Assembly: GCA_020696385.1 (NCBI GenBank)
Contig: JAEHCQ010000005.1
Span: forward strand, 27,336-91,335
DNA: 64,000 bases
Source of the DNA: Methanobacteriota archaeon
Lineage (GTDB): Archaea > Thermoplasmatota > Thermoplasmata > SG8-5 > JAGLSY01
Direction: 5' to 3'
The position numbers and the translations under genes are program-made. Of this stretch, positions 1 through 9,147 are shown piece by piece. The notes below the pieces were generated by a model that saw only the letters and a program-made list of their open reading frames with translations, had not been told where the DNA came from and ran no database searches. Positions within the stretch are counted from its first letter, which is position 1. Every line of letters begins with the position of its first letter.

Positions 1-786
1 ATACCCGACAAGATATCGCATGGCAATTATGAATTCGATATAGGGACCGCGGGAAGTGTCACCCTGGCATTGCAGGCGATAATGCCAGTTCTATTTTCAG
101 TGCCTGGAACTTCAGATATTGTACTGAAGGGTGGCACGGATGTGAAATGGGCCCCTCCAGTTGATTATGTCAAGGATGTATTATTTCCATTCTTCAGATG
201 CTATGGCATCGAGTGTGAGATGGATATCATCCAGCGAGGATATTATCCGAAAGGCGGTGGCGAGATACATGTTCACCTCACAACACCATCAGAACTCTCA
301 TGGGATACTGGCAGGATAAATATGAATGGGGCAAAGGGCATCATAAACATATCCGGATTAAGCAATAAGATCGCCCAGAGAATGAAAAACTCTGTGCAGG
401 AGATCATAGACCAGACAGATATGGATATACAAATAGATGAAAGGGAGACAAATAGAAGCCCAGGTATTGGAATTGTCCTGAGCTATATCGGCCAGGGCAA
501 ATTCCTGGGAAAGGACATGCTGGGTGAGAAAGGAGTTCCGGCACAGATCATTGGCAAAAAGGTGGCCATTGAGATGAATGACATGATGAATTCCAAAATC
601 ATGATAGATGACCTGGGATGCGACCAGGTCATGCTATTGATCGCATTGGCAAGAAATGACCCACAGATAACTTTTCAGATCAAAACAAAGCATATTGAGA
701 CCAATCTTATGATCATAGATACATTCATGCCAGGCATTCTTGAGATTAATAAATCCAATGATTATTATATATTAAATAAGAATTAA
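1..786 (+). CDS. rtcA: RNA 3'-terminal phosphate cyclase (5'-truncated by the window)
   Basis: Frame open from base 1: EFDIGTAGSVTLALQAIMP, GGTDVKWAPPVDY, RGYYPKGGGE, D-x-LGCDQ motifs of RtcA. Confidence 0.9.
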   Translation: MPDKISHGNYEFDIGTAGSVTLALQAIMPVLFSVPGTSDIVLKGGTDVKWAPPVDYVKDVLFPFFRCYGIECEMDIIQRGYYPKGGGEIHVHLTTPSELSWDTGRINMNGAKGIINISGLSNKIAQRMKNSVQEIIDQTDMDIQIDERETNRSPGIGIVLSYIGQGKFLGKDMLGEKGVPAQIIGKKVAIEMNDMMNSKIMIDDLGCDQVMLLIALARNDPQITFQIKTKHIETNLMIIDTFMPGILEINKSNDYYILNKN

Positions 787-866
787 TTGAAATTTATATT
801 ATGTGATATATAATATCCATTACATAATATAAACAACATATTTATTGCAAGTGTACCGATATGAGT

Positions 867-1673
867 CTAACTGTACATCGATGGTCTTGCTGGTGTTGCT
901 GACTGCTTGGTCTTGGTCTGCTTGTGGATGAGCTTCAATTGCGATTCAATTCTTTCAGCCTCATCATACAGTGGTTTTGCATCCAGATCAATATGTAAAA
1001 GCATCTTATTGATGGTCTCTATTATCCTGGCAGCTGCTCTGGCATCAGGATAATCAGGATGTGCCTCTGCAAGTATCGTGGCGACACTGAAATCCCTTCG
1101 CCTTCCCTCATTGAGCAGAACACCCGCAACCCCGGTTATGACGCCTTCAGTGAACTCGGAGACTCCGCTTTCTTTGAGAATATCATTTGCCACTTTGGTA
1201 CTGCCAACACCGTATATCTCAAGGCCAGTGTCATCATCATCCTTCTTATCGGCCTCCACGGTCTTGCCCTCTTCATCTTCCCTGTCAATGACAAGTCCCT
1301 CTGGAGAAACGACCATCTTGCATCTCTGGTCCTCTGCCCAGTCAAGAAGTGCGCTGGCAATTGGTTTTACAAGATTTGGCGGTGGCTGGAATTCGGATAT
1401 GAAGACCACGATCTGATCTTTATTGTCATCAGAATCCCCCACTTTCTCACTGGCATATATCCGGACAGGGTTCTGTGGTTTCCCTTCACGGATCAATGAT
1501 ACCGTAGGAAAATAGACGGAATCCATTATGCCGATCTGTGTCAATTTCATTGTATTGATCAGATAGTTAGCGGCGATAGAGCTGACAAGACCAACACTGG
1601 GAAAGCCATCTATTACAGTGGCTCCTCTAACATCCGCACGCTTCAGCTCATAGATCTTAACATCTTCTGGCAT
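867..1673 (-). CDS. PAC2-family proteasome assembly chaperone
   Basis: VIDGFPSVGLVSSIAANYLI, GVITGVAGVLL, YPDARAAARII motifs. Confidence 0.88.
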   Translation of the reverse strand: MPEDVKIYELKRADVRGATVIDGFPSVGLVSSIAANYLINTMKLTQIGIMDSVYFPTVSLIREGKPQNPVRIYASEKVGDSDDNKDQIVVFISEFQPPPNLVKPIASALLDWAEDQRCKMVVSPEGLVIDREDEEGKTVEADKKDDDDTGLEIYGVGSTKVANDILKESGVSEFTEGVITGVAGVLLNEGRRRDFSVATILAEAHPDYPDARAAARIIETINKMLLHIDLDAKPLYDEAERIESQLKLIHKQTKTKQSATPARPSMYS

Positions 1674-1754
1674 CCATCGACCTCAACCCATTATTTATTA
1701 CAGCATACTTAATAACTATCACTGAAACAAATACTCTGAAATGTGATGAATATA

Positions 1755-1892
1755 AACGTATTAGTTTTTCTAATCGCTAGTAAGATGTAGAATATTGGCG
1801 ATATTGGAACAAACGCTCAGGTCATAGATAACTGTGAACGCGTTAGTTCTTCTAATCGCTAGTAATATACAAAATATAGGCGATTAGAAAAA
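1755..1892. repeat. Two degenerate ~50-bp direct repeats (period 82 bp) containing an inverted repeat, in a divergent intergenic region
   Basis: aacg..ttagtt(t/c)ttctaatcgctagtaa at 1755 and 1837; TTCTAATCGC (1850-1859) / GCGATTAGAA (1880-1889). Confidence 0.8.
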
Positions 1893-1984
1893 TTCTGAGC
1901 AACATTGGATCAAACACTTTGTTGATAAGTTAAATATAATCATCAAGATGCACAAATATAATATCAAATAGGAGCTATGACAGG

Positions 1985-2632
1985 ATGATGAGACCAGAGA
2001 TCATTGTGAACTGCGCGATGTCGGCTGATGGCAAGATCGCAGGCAGGGAACGAAAACAGGTCAAGATATCCGACCAGGCAGACTTCAAAAGAGTGCATGA
2101 ATTGAGAAATGAATGCGATGCCATTCTCATTGGCATCGGTACAGTCATTGCGGATGATCCATCGCTCATTGTCAAGGAAAAATATGTAGATGATCCAAGC
2201 CAGCCCATTAGGATTGTCCTAGATCCTAATGGCAAATGCTCGGAAGGATCACTTGTACTGGATAATACGATCGTCACCCTCATCATCACCAATGAGCAAT
2301 GCCAGCGCGAGTTCCAGGGAACCAATACCAGAAAATTATCATTCGGCAAAGATAAGGGGATCGACTTGACCCGCATGCTGGAGCATCTCTACGGTATGGG
2401 CATCAAGAAGATACTTGTGGAAGGAGGCGGGGAGACCATCTGGCATTTCTTCAAGGCCAAATGTGTTGATAGACTAAGCATCTTCGTAGGAGATATCATA
2501 ATCGGGGGCAGAACATCACCGACGCCGGTGGACGGTGATGGATTTGGTCTCGAAGAGCATGTACAACTTGTTTTCAAGAATATGAAGAGAATGGAAACTG
2601 GTATTGTTGTTGAGTATGAAATAAACTACTAG
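1985..2632 (+). CDS. arfC: 2,5-diamino-6-ribosylamino-4(3H)-pyrimidinone 5'-phosphate reductase (RibD C-terminal/Rib7 type)
   Basis: AMSADGKI, DAILIGIGTVIADDPSL, P.RIVLD, ILVEGGG motifs; no deaminase domain. Confidence 0.9.
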   Translation: MMRPEIIVNCAMSADGKIAGRERKQVKISDQADFKRVHELRNECDAILIGIGTVIADDPSLIVKEKYVDDPSQPIRIVLDPNGKCSEGSLVLDNTIVTLIITNEQCQREFQGTNTRKLSFGKDKGIDLTRMLEHLYGMGIKKILVEGGGETIWHFFKAKCVDRLSIFVGDIIIGGRTSPTPVDGDGFGLEEHVQLVFKNMKRMETGIVVEYEINY

Positions 2633-2673
2633 ACAAAGATATCCAGATCATCTATATTTCTAAATATTATAAC

Positions 2674-3639
2674 TTAAAAAGCATCCTTGCTGGAATAATA
2701 TTCCTCGCTGACAACCTTGCCAGTTGCCGCATTTATTATCATCACGCCATTGGTTCCTTCCACACACCAGACCGGCACGCTGATCACACCCTTGAGAGAT
2801 AGTGTGACATCTTCCTCCTTTGGCTTGAACTCGGTTCTTTCAGTCACGATTGTGTGTTCCTTTTCTATTATGACGTCATCGAATTCCGTGTTCAACTCGA
2901 TGACCTTGGACATGGCCATCGCGGACGCCTCGTGCTCATCGATCTTGGGCTCGATGCGAATATGCGGGATATCAAGACTATCGATGATATCCGGGACATC
3001 ATCGCACTTTGTCGCGATGCCAGTATAAGCATTGATAAGAAGTAGACCAGTGTATTTTCTCTCTGCATTTTCTTTACCTCTGAAAATGCAGAGATATTCG
3101 AAAATGAAATGAGGAATTAATTCCAATTCATACTTGAAGCCCTTCACGGTCTTCTGGGATATCTCTTTCACATCATCCAGTTGAATTATCGGTGACTGGA
3201 TGGCCTCTGTATCCCCGGCGCCGATGCTTTCGATGGTGATCGAGATCTTATCATCGAAGTCCTTGCCTTCAATGATCTCCGCCCTCACCATCTCCGTGAA
3301 CTGCAGGATCGTGGATCCTCCGTGATCATTCACATGGTCGAAGATGATCCCGCCAATCTCCCTCTCGATATCCTCGGAATCCCACAGTGTGATGCCATTC
3401 TCCTCGGCATATTCATATATACTGGGGAGTGGCTTTTTCATTGACGCGATTATCTTGGATGAGGTCGTGCCTCCCAGCTTTGACTTGAAGTCCTCGATGT
3501 AACCAATACTGCACTCATTGACAAAACCCAATGATATCAGCTGATCGCCCTTTTCTCCAGAGAGAACATCATCTTTCTCGGAGACTTCGAAACCATAGTT
3601 CTGTAATAGATGGATTAGGATTCCTTTTAGACTTACCAA
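2674..3639 (-). CDS. Conserved hypothetical protein; possible degenerate Mrr/PD-(D/E)xK-like N-terminus and PepSY-like C-terminus
   Basis: 321-aa ORF; GITLWDSEDI and VWCVEGTNGVMIINAATGKVV resemble those folds only weakly. Confidence 0.5.
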   Translation of the reverse strand: MVSLKGILIHLLQNYGFEVSEKDDVLSGEKGDQLISLGFVNECSIGYIEDFKSKLGGTTSSKIIASMKKPLPSIYEYAEENGITLWDSEDIEREIGGIIFDHVNDHGGSTILQFTEMVRAEIIEGKDFDDKISITIESIGAGDTEAIQSPIIQLDDVKEISQKTVKGFKYELELIPHFIFEYLCIFRGKENAERKYTGLLLINAYTGIATKCDDVPDIIDSLDIPHIRIEPKIDEHEASAMAMSKVIELNTEFDDVIIEKEHTIVTERTEFKPKEEDVTLSLKGVISVPVWCVEGTNGVMIINAATGKVVSEEYYSSKDAF

Positions 3640-3785
3640 GCTGATCCCTCAGTGCCAAGCTAGAGTCAAGCACTTAATTTTGATACCATTGAAATCGCAC
3701 TTGACTTTATAGTTGCACACCAGAATGATGAACATATTGTTAATCATAAGTACAAATTCTTAAGTGCGCAACTACAATCGAACAA

Positions 3786-4778
3786 ATGTATTTTAAGTTT
3801 TGTAGTGTATCCGAGGTTGTGAAGATCAGATTATCCATTGGAACAGCCATAACCCTGGGCCTTATACGAGGAAAGCAAAATGTCGACCCCACCACTACGT
3901 ACATCATGTTGGGTGATGGTTGCACTAACAATTGCTCTTTCTGCACCCAGGCTACCGAGAATGATTCGTCAAAGGATCATCTGTCGCGGGTGATGTGGCC
4001 GGAGTTCGAATGGGAAGATGTCATCGGCAAGCTGGCAGTATCAGATTCAATGAAACGAGCATGCTTTCAAACACTAACATATGATGGGATGGTGGATGAT
4101 CTACTGCAATTGGTGAAGGAATTGAAGAAGATCAATATCCCGACATCTGCGGCGGTAAAACCAATGGATGATGATGACCTTGCCAGACTCAATGATGCGG
4201 GATTGGGCAGGATCGGAATATCCATTGATGGCGCCAGCCATTCCGTGTTCGAGAATGTGAAAGGATCTTTAGTTGGTAATCCATATTCATGGGAAGAACA
4301 TCTGCGATCCCTCGAAAAGGCAAGCCAGGTATTCAAGGGGAGGACCAGCACGCATATCATTGTCGGGCTGGGAGAGACCGATGAGGACATCATGAATATT
4401 CTTGACTGGTGCAATAACCGGAATATCACTGTGGGGCTTTTTGCCTACACATCATTTCCTGGCGTGAGATGTGACGGAGAACCACCAAACCTGGATAGAT
4501 ACAGGACTATCCAGGGTCTTAGATATCTCATGCAGAATGGACATATTCAACCATCTGATACAACAATATCCGATGGTCGACTGATAAAACTGGGTAATAG
4601 CTCGAGCATACGATACAAAATAGAACCAGAGGCTTTTGAGACCTCTGGTTGTAAGGACTGCAACAGACCCTATTACAATGAAAGGGTCAGGGGGCCAGCC
4701 TATAATTATCCAAGGTCTTTGACAGATGACGAGCATACAGAATCTATAAATCTTATCAAGAGATATTTGAGAGAGTGA
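3786..4778 (+). CDS. lipS2: Radical SAM protein, LipS2-type lipoyl synthase subunit (start may be the GTG slightly downstream)
   Basis: CTNNCSFC radical SAM motif; C-terminal TSGCKDCNRP resembles the LipS2 signature; adjacent to lipoate ligase genes. Confidence 0.72.
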   Translation: MYFKFCSVSEVVKIRLSIGTAITLGLIRGKQNVDPTTTYIMLGDGCTNNCSFCTQATENDSSKDHLSRVMWPEFEWEDVIGKLAVSDSMKRACFQTLTYDGMVDDLLQLVKELKKINIPTSAAVKPMDDDDLARLNDAGLGRIGISIDGASHSVFENVKGSLVGNPYSWEEHLRSLEKASQVFKGRTSTHIIVGLGETDEDIMNILDWCNNRNITVGLFAYTSFPGVRCDGEPPNLDRYRTIQGLRYLMQNGHIQPSDTTISDGRLIKLGNSSSIRYKIEPEAFETSGCKDCNRPYYNERVRGPAYNYPRSLTDDEHTESINLIKRYLRE

Positions 4779-4793
4779 AACTGGAGCGATAAT

Positions 4794-5561
4794 ATGGCTG
4801 AGAAGTGGAGATTATTATTGACTGGCGATATGGACGCGGCCTCGAACATGGCACTTGATGAGGCCGTGCTCCGGCTGAACAAGGATAAGCATGAGGGGAC
4901 GGTACGCTTCTATTCCTGGAAGCCAAAGGCGATATCCATAGGATATTTCCAGGGAATTCAGGAAGAAACAGATATCGAAAAGTGCAATGCCAGTGGAGTG
5001 GATGTTGTGCGAAGGATAACTGGCGGCGGAGCCGTATACCACGATGATGAGCTCACCTATAGCATCATCGTGAATGAGAAGCATCCCAAGATATCCAACA
5101 ATATCCTGGAATCCTATGGCCACATCTGCAATGGCATAGTTCTCGGCCTGGAAAAACTGGGCATAAGCTCAGAGTTCAAGCCCATCAACGACATAATCAC
5201 GAATGGCAGGAAGATATCCGGAAATGCCCAGACCCGCCGTCTTGGAAATGTACTCCAGCATGGCACAATATTGCGAACAGTGGATGTCAGGACGATGTTC
5301 GACCTGCTCCTTGTCCCGGATGAGAAAATAAGGGACAAGATGATCTCCGCTGTCGAGGAAAGAGTAACATCTATATCAGACATATTAGGTGAACGACTAG
5401 AAAATGATGTAATCCAAAATGCCATGATCGAAGGGTTCTCCGAGGCTCTTGGTGTAGAATTTGATAAGAATTCTTGGTTACCCACATCGGATGAATATGT
5501 TCTTATGGATAAGATTAGGAGAGAAAAATATGGAAATCGTAAATGGAACTTCAAAAGATAA
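4794..5561 (+). CDS. lplA: Lipoate-protein ligase, catalytic domain
   Basis: NMALDEA, VVRRITGGGAVYHD, KPINDI..NGRKISGNAQ, LQHGT. Confidence 0.92.
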   Translation: MAEKWRLLLTGDMDAASNMALDEAVLRLNKDKHEGTVRFYSWKPKAISIGYFQGIQEETDIEKCNASGVDVVRRITGGGAVYHDDELTYSIIVNEKHPKISNNILESYGHICNGIVLGLEKLGISSEFKPINDIITNGRKISGNAQTRRLGNVLQHGTILRTVDVRTMFDLLLVPDEKIRDKMISAVEERVTSISDILGERLENDVIQNAMIEGFSEALGVEFDKNSWLPTSDEYVLMDKIRREKYGNRKWNFKR

Positions 5562-5859
5562 TTCGCCAGTCATCTCAAAAGGCAGTTCGATCCACAAGGT
5601 TCCGGAGGGAAAGATGATCAAGATATCATTGACCATGACGGATGATATCATAGAAGATGTTCGGATCACAGGTGATTTCTTCGCACACCCTGAAGATTCC
5701 ATCGAGCAAATAGAAAAGAATCTCAAAGGATCAAGATACCCGGACATCCCTAAAAAAATCTATGATCTCATCACTAGCCAGAAGATACAGTTAGTAGGAA
5801 TGGATAAGGATGATATCACACACGCAATAAAATTGGCCATCGAAAATATGAAAAGATGA
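5530..5859 (+). CDS. Lipoate-protein ligase C-terminal/accessory subunit (LplB-like)
   Basis: HKVPEGKMIKI and VRITGDFFAHPE; stand-alone gene overlapping the lplA end. Confidence 0.8.
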   Translation: MEIVNGTSKDNSPVISKGSSIHKVPEGKMIKISLTMTDDIIEDVRITGDFFAHPEDSIEQIEKNLKGSRYPDIPKKIYDLITSQKIQLVGMDKDDITHAIKLAIENMKR

Positions 5860-6010
5860 TTTAGACGTGCCTCATGTTAACTACTATATAATTCTAACTA
5901 ACGTAAAGTATATATATATACAGAATATTCCAACTCTCAATATTACAGAATAGAGGTATCCAGTAAGTGATAAATATCTGTTTTGTGAAATCAGTTAGGA
6001 GGAGAAAGTC

Positions 6011-8620
6011 ATGTTTGGAGAGAAGTTAGCCTCACGTGCAATGAAAGTTGGAATGGTCACCATGTTATTCGTGGCCCTGATGTTCTCAGGAATGTCAGCC
6101 ATGTTCTCAACCAATCTGGATGCAGAAGCCCAGATACTCGGTGGAGAATACGGTGGAGACCTTCGCGTTGCATTGAAGGGAGAACCTAATACGTTCAATC
6201 CGCTTAGTGATTCAGCGAATGAGCCTGCAATGCAGGTAATTGATATAATGTACGATTCACTGGGACGAATCAACCCATACACATATGCGCTTGAACCATG
6301 GATAGCAGCAGGATGGGAGATAGACCCTGATGATGACAGTATAGTGACCGTAACCTTGAGATCTGATGTCAAATGGCACGATGGCTCAATGGTCACAATT
6401 GAAGATGTAGAGTACACATTCGGGCCAAGCGGTTACAATATCGCTTACATCGATACAATGACCCTGAACACACTCAACAATTCGATAACATTTGATCTGG
6501 ATGCACCAGATTCAAGGTTCTTCAGCGAGGTCATAGGCCTCAAGCTCGTTCAGGATGGATATTCAAAGACATCCACAGAAGAAATGGGCTGTGGACCTTT
6601 CTATCTTGATGCAAGTGATTCAGACAGAGTTCTTGCCTTTGATGATTATTTCAAGGGTAGAGTATATCTGGATTCCATCACATACACATACTATGATGAG
6701 AACCTGGATGCAATATATGACATAATAACAAGCAAGATCGATTTCATAGCCTGGGACCTTACTTCCAATGACACAACTTTGATGGTGGAAGTCCCAATAG
6801 GTACTGGCGACTACACTAACCTTGTGCAGGATGCAAATGTATCTGTCGAGAGAAGCAGTGGAATGGACTACTGGTATCTTGGAATGAACTGCGATGAGGA
6901 CCATGTTCTATATGAGCCTGCATTGAGAAAGGCAATAGCACATGTCATTGACAAAGCAGCACTCACCGTCTTTGATATCGGTGGTGGATTAGAGGTATCG
7001 GATTCCATTGTTAGCAAGTACAATGTTCCATGGTACAACTCAACTATCACAACCTACCCCTTCGACACAACCGAAGCAAGCAAGATCCTCAATGATGCGG
7101 ATTATTTCGATTACAATGGTGATGGATGGAGAGATATGCCAAATGGTACATCCTTCTCTTTCAAACTTCTTGGACCACATGAGCAGGACCTGACACCAAA
7201 TGTGATGGCAGGCATAGTCGCAGAATGGTTGCAGGACATAGGCATAAACACCGAGCTCGTGGCAGACACAGATGAGAACCATCTTGTCAACATAGAAGCA
7301 AATGACTTTGACATGTTCTTATTCACAGAAGAAAGAGCAAGCATTGATCCACAGTACATCGAAACAATGTACAGCCTGGATGGAATTGCTACAAGCGATA
7401 ACCTTCTTAATTTCAAACCAGTTATCGATATAGTGGATGAGTCCATCGCAGACAAGATCGACAATACCACTTATTCATGCTATCTGAACAATACCAATGT
7501 GATAGGAGATGTTGTTCTGGAGAGCAATGGAACCATCATACCAACAGGATATACAGTGGATGACGAAACTGGCATGATCACCATAGAGGCAGCTACCTTT
7601 GATGCATTGAAACTTGAACAGGGATTGAATGTTTCATATTCATATCTCCCATTCGACCATTTAATGAGTCTCGCCAATGCACAGATGGATCCAGCAATGA
7701 GGTCAAAATACATTATGGAAACACAGGCATTGATCGCAGACTTCATGCCTTCAATACCATTATTCTCATTCCGTGTGAACCATGCTTACAACAGCTCTGG
7801 TTTCATAGGATGGACCAAAACCCTTGGTGGCGTCAATAACTTCTGGTCATTCATCAATCTCAGGAACCACATGAATGAAGGAGGCATGGGCGTGTCTATC
7901 AGCCTTCCACTTGCAGTATCAGATGATGGTATGCTTGGTGGAGAGGAGATCAATCTCCAGATCAAGGTCGAGGATATTGATGGAAACCCATTGAACATGG
8001 CAGACATTGTTCTGAGCGGAGAGGGAACCTTTGGTACCCCAGCTTATGATGTAGGTACAGGCAGTTACACTGTCTCGTACATGGCTCCAGATATCGAGAG
8101 CACACGCACTATCACCATAGTCGCAAGTGCATCAAAGGTATCATACGGCGGAGGCCAGGGTGAGATCGATGTAACCATCAGATCATTGACAAATGATTTC
8201 ACAATAGAGGTCAGTAAAGAAGAGAGCTCCATACCATCGAACAATGCCACAACGATAAGCTATCTGGTTCTGGACAGGACAACAAAGGCAGCCGTAGCAG
8301 ATGCGGATGTCACATTGACCATAACACCAACAGGACTTGGCGGATATCTGTCAGAGTACAGTGGTGTAACAGACAGTAGTGGAGAGTTCATCGTCACCTT
8401 TGGCGCAGACAATGTGACCATCGATACCACCTTCAGTATCTCAATAGAGGTAACGAAGGATTCCTACAATGCAGCAACAAAATCAACAAGCATCAATGTA
8501 GTGAAGATGGATACAGAAGCACCGGACGATGGATTACTGGGTCTCCCAGCACCATCACTGATCCTGGTACTGATCGCATTTGCTGGTCTTGCCCTTATCG
8601 TAAGGGGCAGGAAACAGTAG
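6011..8620 (+). CDS. Family 5 ABC substrate-binding protein with C-terminal Ig-like domains and membrane anchor
   Basis: Signal peptide; EPNTFNPL, VKWHDG..VTIEDVEYT, MGCGPF, ALRKAIAHVIDK; C-terminal TM plus RGRKQ. Confidence 0.85.
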   Translation: MFGEKLASRAMKVGMVTMLFVALMFSGMSAMFSTNLDAEAQILGGEYGGDLRVALKGEPNTFNPLSDSANEPAMQVIDIMYDSLGRINPYTYALEPWIAAGWEIDPDDDSIVTVTLRSDVKWHDGSMVTIEDVEYTFGPSGYNIAYIDTMTLNTLNNSITFDLDAPDSRFFSEVIGLKLVQDGYSKTSTEEMGCGPFYLDASDSDRVLAFDDYFKGRVYLDSITYTYYDENLDAIYDIITSKIDFIAWDLTSNDTTLMVEVPIGTGDYTNLVQDANVSVERSSGMDYWYLGMNCDEDHVLYEPALRKAIAHVIDKAALTVFDIGGGLEVSDSIVSKYNVPWYNSTITTYPFDTTEASKILNDADYFDYNGDGWRDMPNGTSFSFKLLGPHEQDLTPNVMAGIVAEWLQDIGINTELVADTDENHLVNIEANDFDMFLFTEERASIDPQYIETMYSLDGIATSDNLLNFKPVIDIVDESIADKIDNTTYSCYLNNTNVIGDVVLESNGTIIPTGYTVDDETGMITIEAATFDALKLEQGLNVSYSYLPFDHLMSLANAQMDPAMRSKYIMETQALIADFMPSIPLFSFRVNHAYNSSGFIGWTKTLGGVNNFWSFINLRNHMNEGGMGVSISLPLAVSDDGMLGGEEINLQIKVEDIDGNPLNMADIVLSGEGTFGTPAYDVGTGSYTVSYMAPDIESTRTITIVASASKVSYGGGQGEIDVTIRSLTNDFTIEVSKEESSIPSNNATTISYLVLDRTTKAAVADADVTLTITPTGLGGYLSEYSGVTDSSGEFIVTFGADNVTIDTTFSISIEVTKDSYNAATKSTSINVVKMDTEAPDDGLLGLPAPSLILVLIAFAGLALIVRGRKQ

Positions 8621-8645
8621 ACCGTGGAAAGGATATCAAAAATAA

Positions 8646-8670
8646 TGGGGCAGCTCGAAAGGCTGCCCCA
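8646..8670 (+). terminator. Hairpin terminator after the SBP gene
   Basis: TGGGGCAGC/GCTGCCCCA stem followed by a T-rich tract. Confidence 0.7.
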
Positions 8671-8775
8671 ACTTTTGCTTTTATGTTTTATCTGATGGAG
8701 CTTGCTCATTCAATTTGTTAGGTTGGGTGTGGAGGTGTGTCGTTTCCATTTGTTAAGACGGGTGTGGATAAAGAC

Positions 8776-9011
8776 ACCCCGCCCCTGCTTTGATCGAGGC
8801 GGGGCTTTATTTGACTCCTCGCATTGAGAGAGCGAGGTGTTTATCTTTTTGCAAGGTCATCGCTACTGTCACTCACTGAGAAAATAAAGAGAATACCCCG
8901 CCCTTGCGTCCCTCAGGATTGCTCCGTCTGGCAAATATAATAGAATGACTTCGCAACCTTCGAAATTCTGGATACTCTATCGAATATAGAACGAATTTCT
9001 TCAGGCGGGGC
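8776..9011. repeat. Two GC-rich inverted-repeat units with the same arms and different loop sizes
   Basis: ACCCCGCCC(C/T)TGC...AGGCGGGGC at 8776-8805 and 8895-9011. Confidence 0.7.
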
Positions 9012-9090
9012 ATGTTCGTACAGTTCTACTGATGAAATGATAATATCATACCATGTTAAAATTATCCAATTGATGAAAAATTGAAAAGGT

Positions 9091-9115
9091 CTGTCGGGCT
9101 TTGAAGGCCCGACAG
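9091..9115 (-). terminator. Hairpin terminator after saccharopine dehydrogenase
   Basis: CTGTCGGGC/GCCCGACAG stem; T tracts follow on the minus strand. Confidence 0.7.
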
Positions 9116-9147
9116 TATTCTTCTACTTGAGATATGAATTGATAGTT

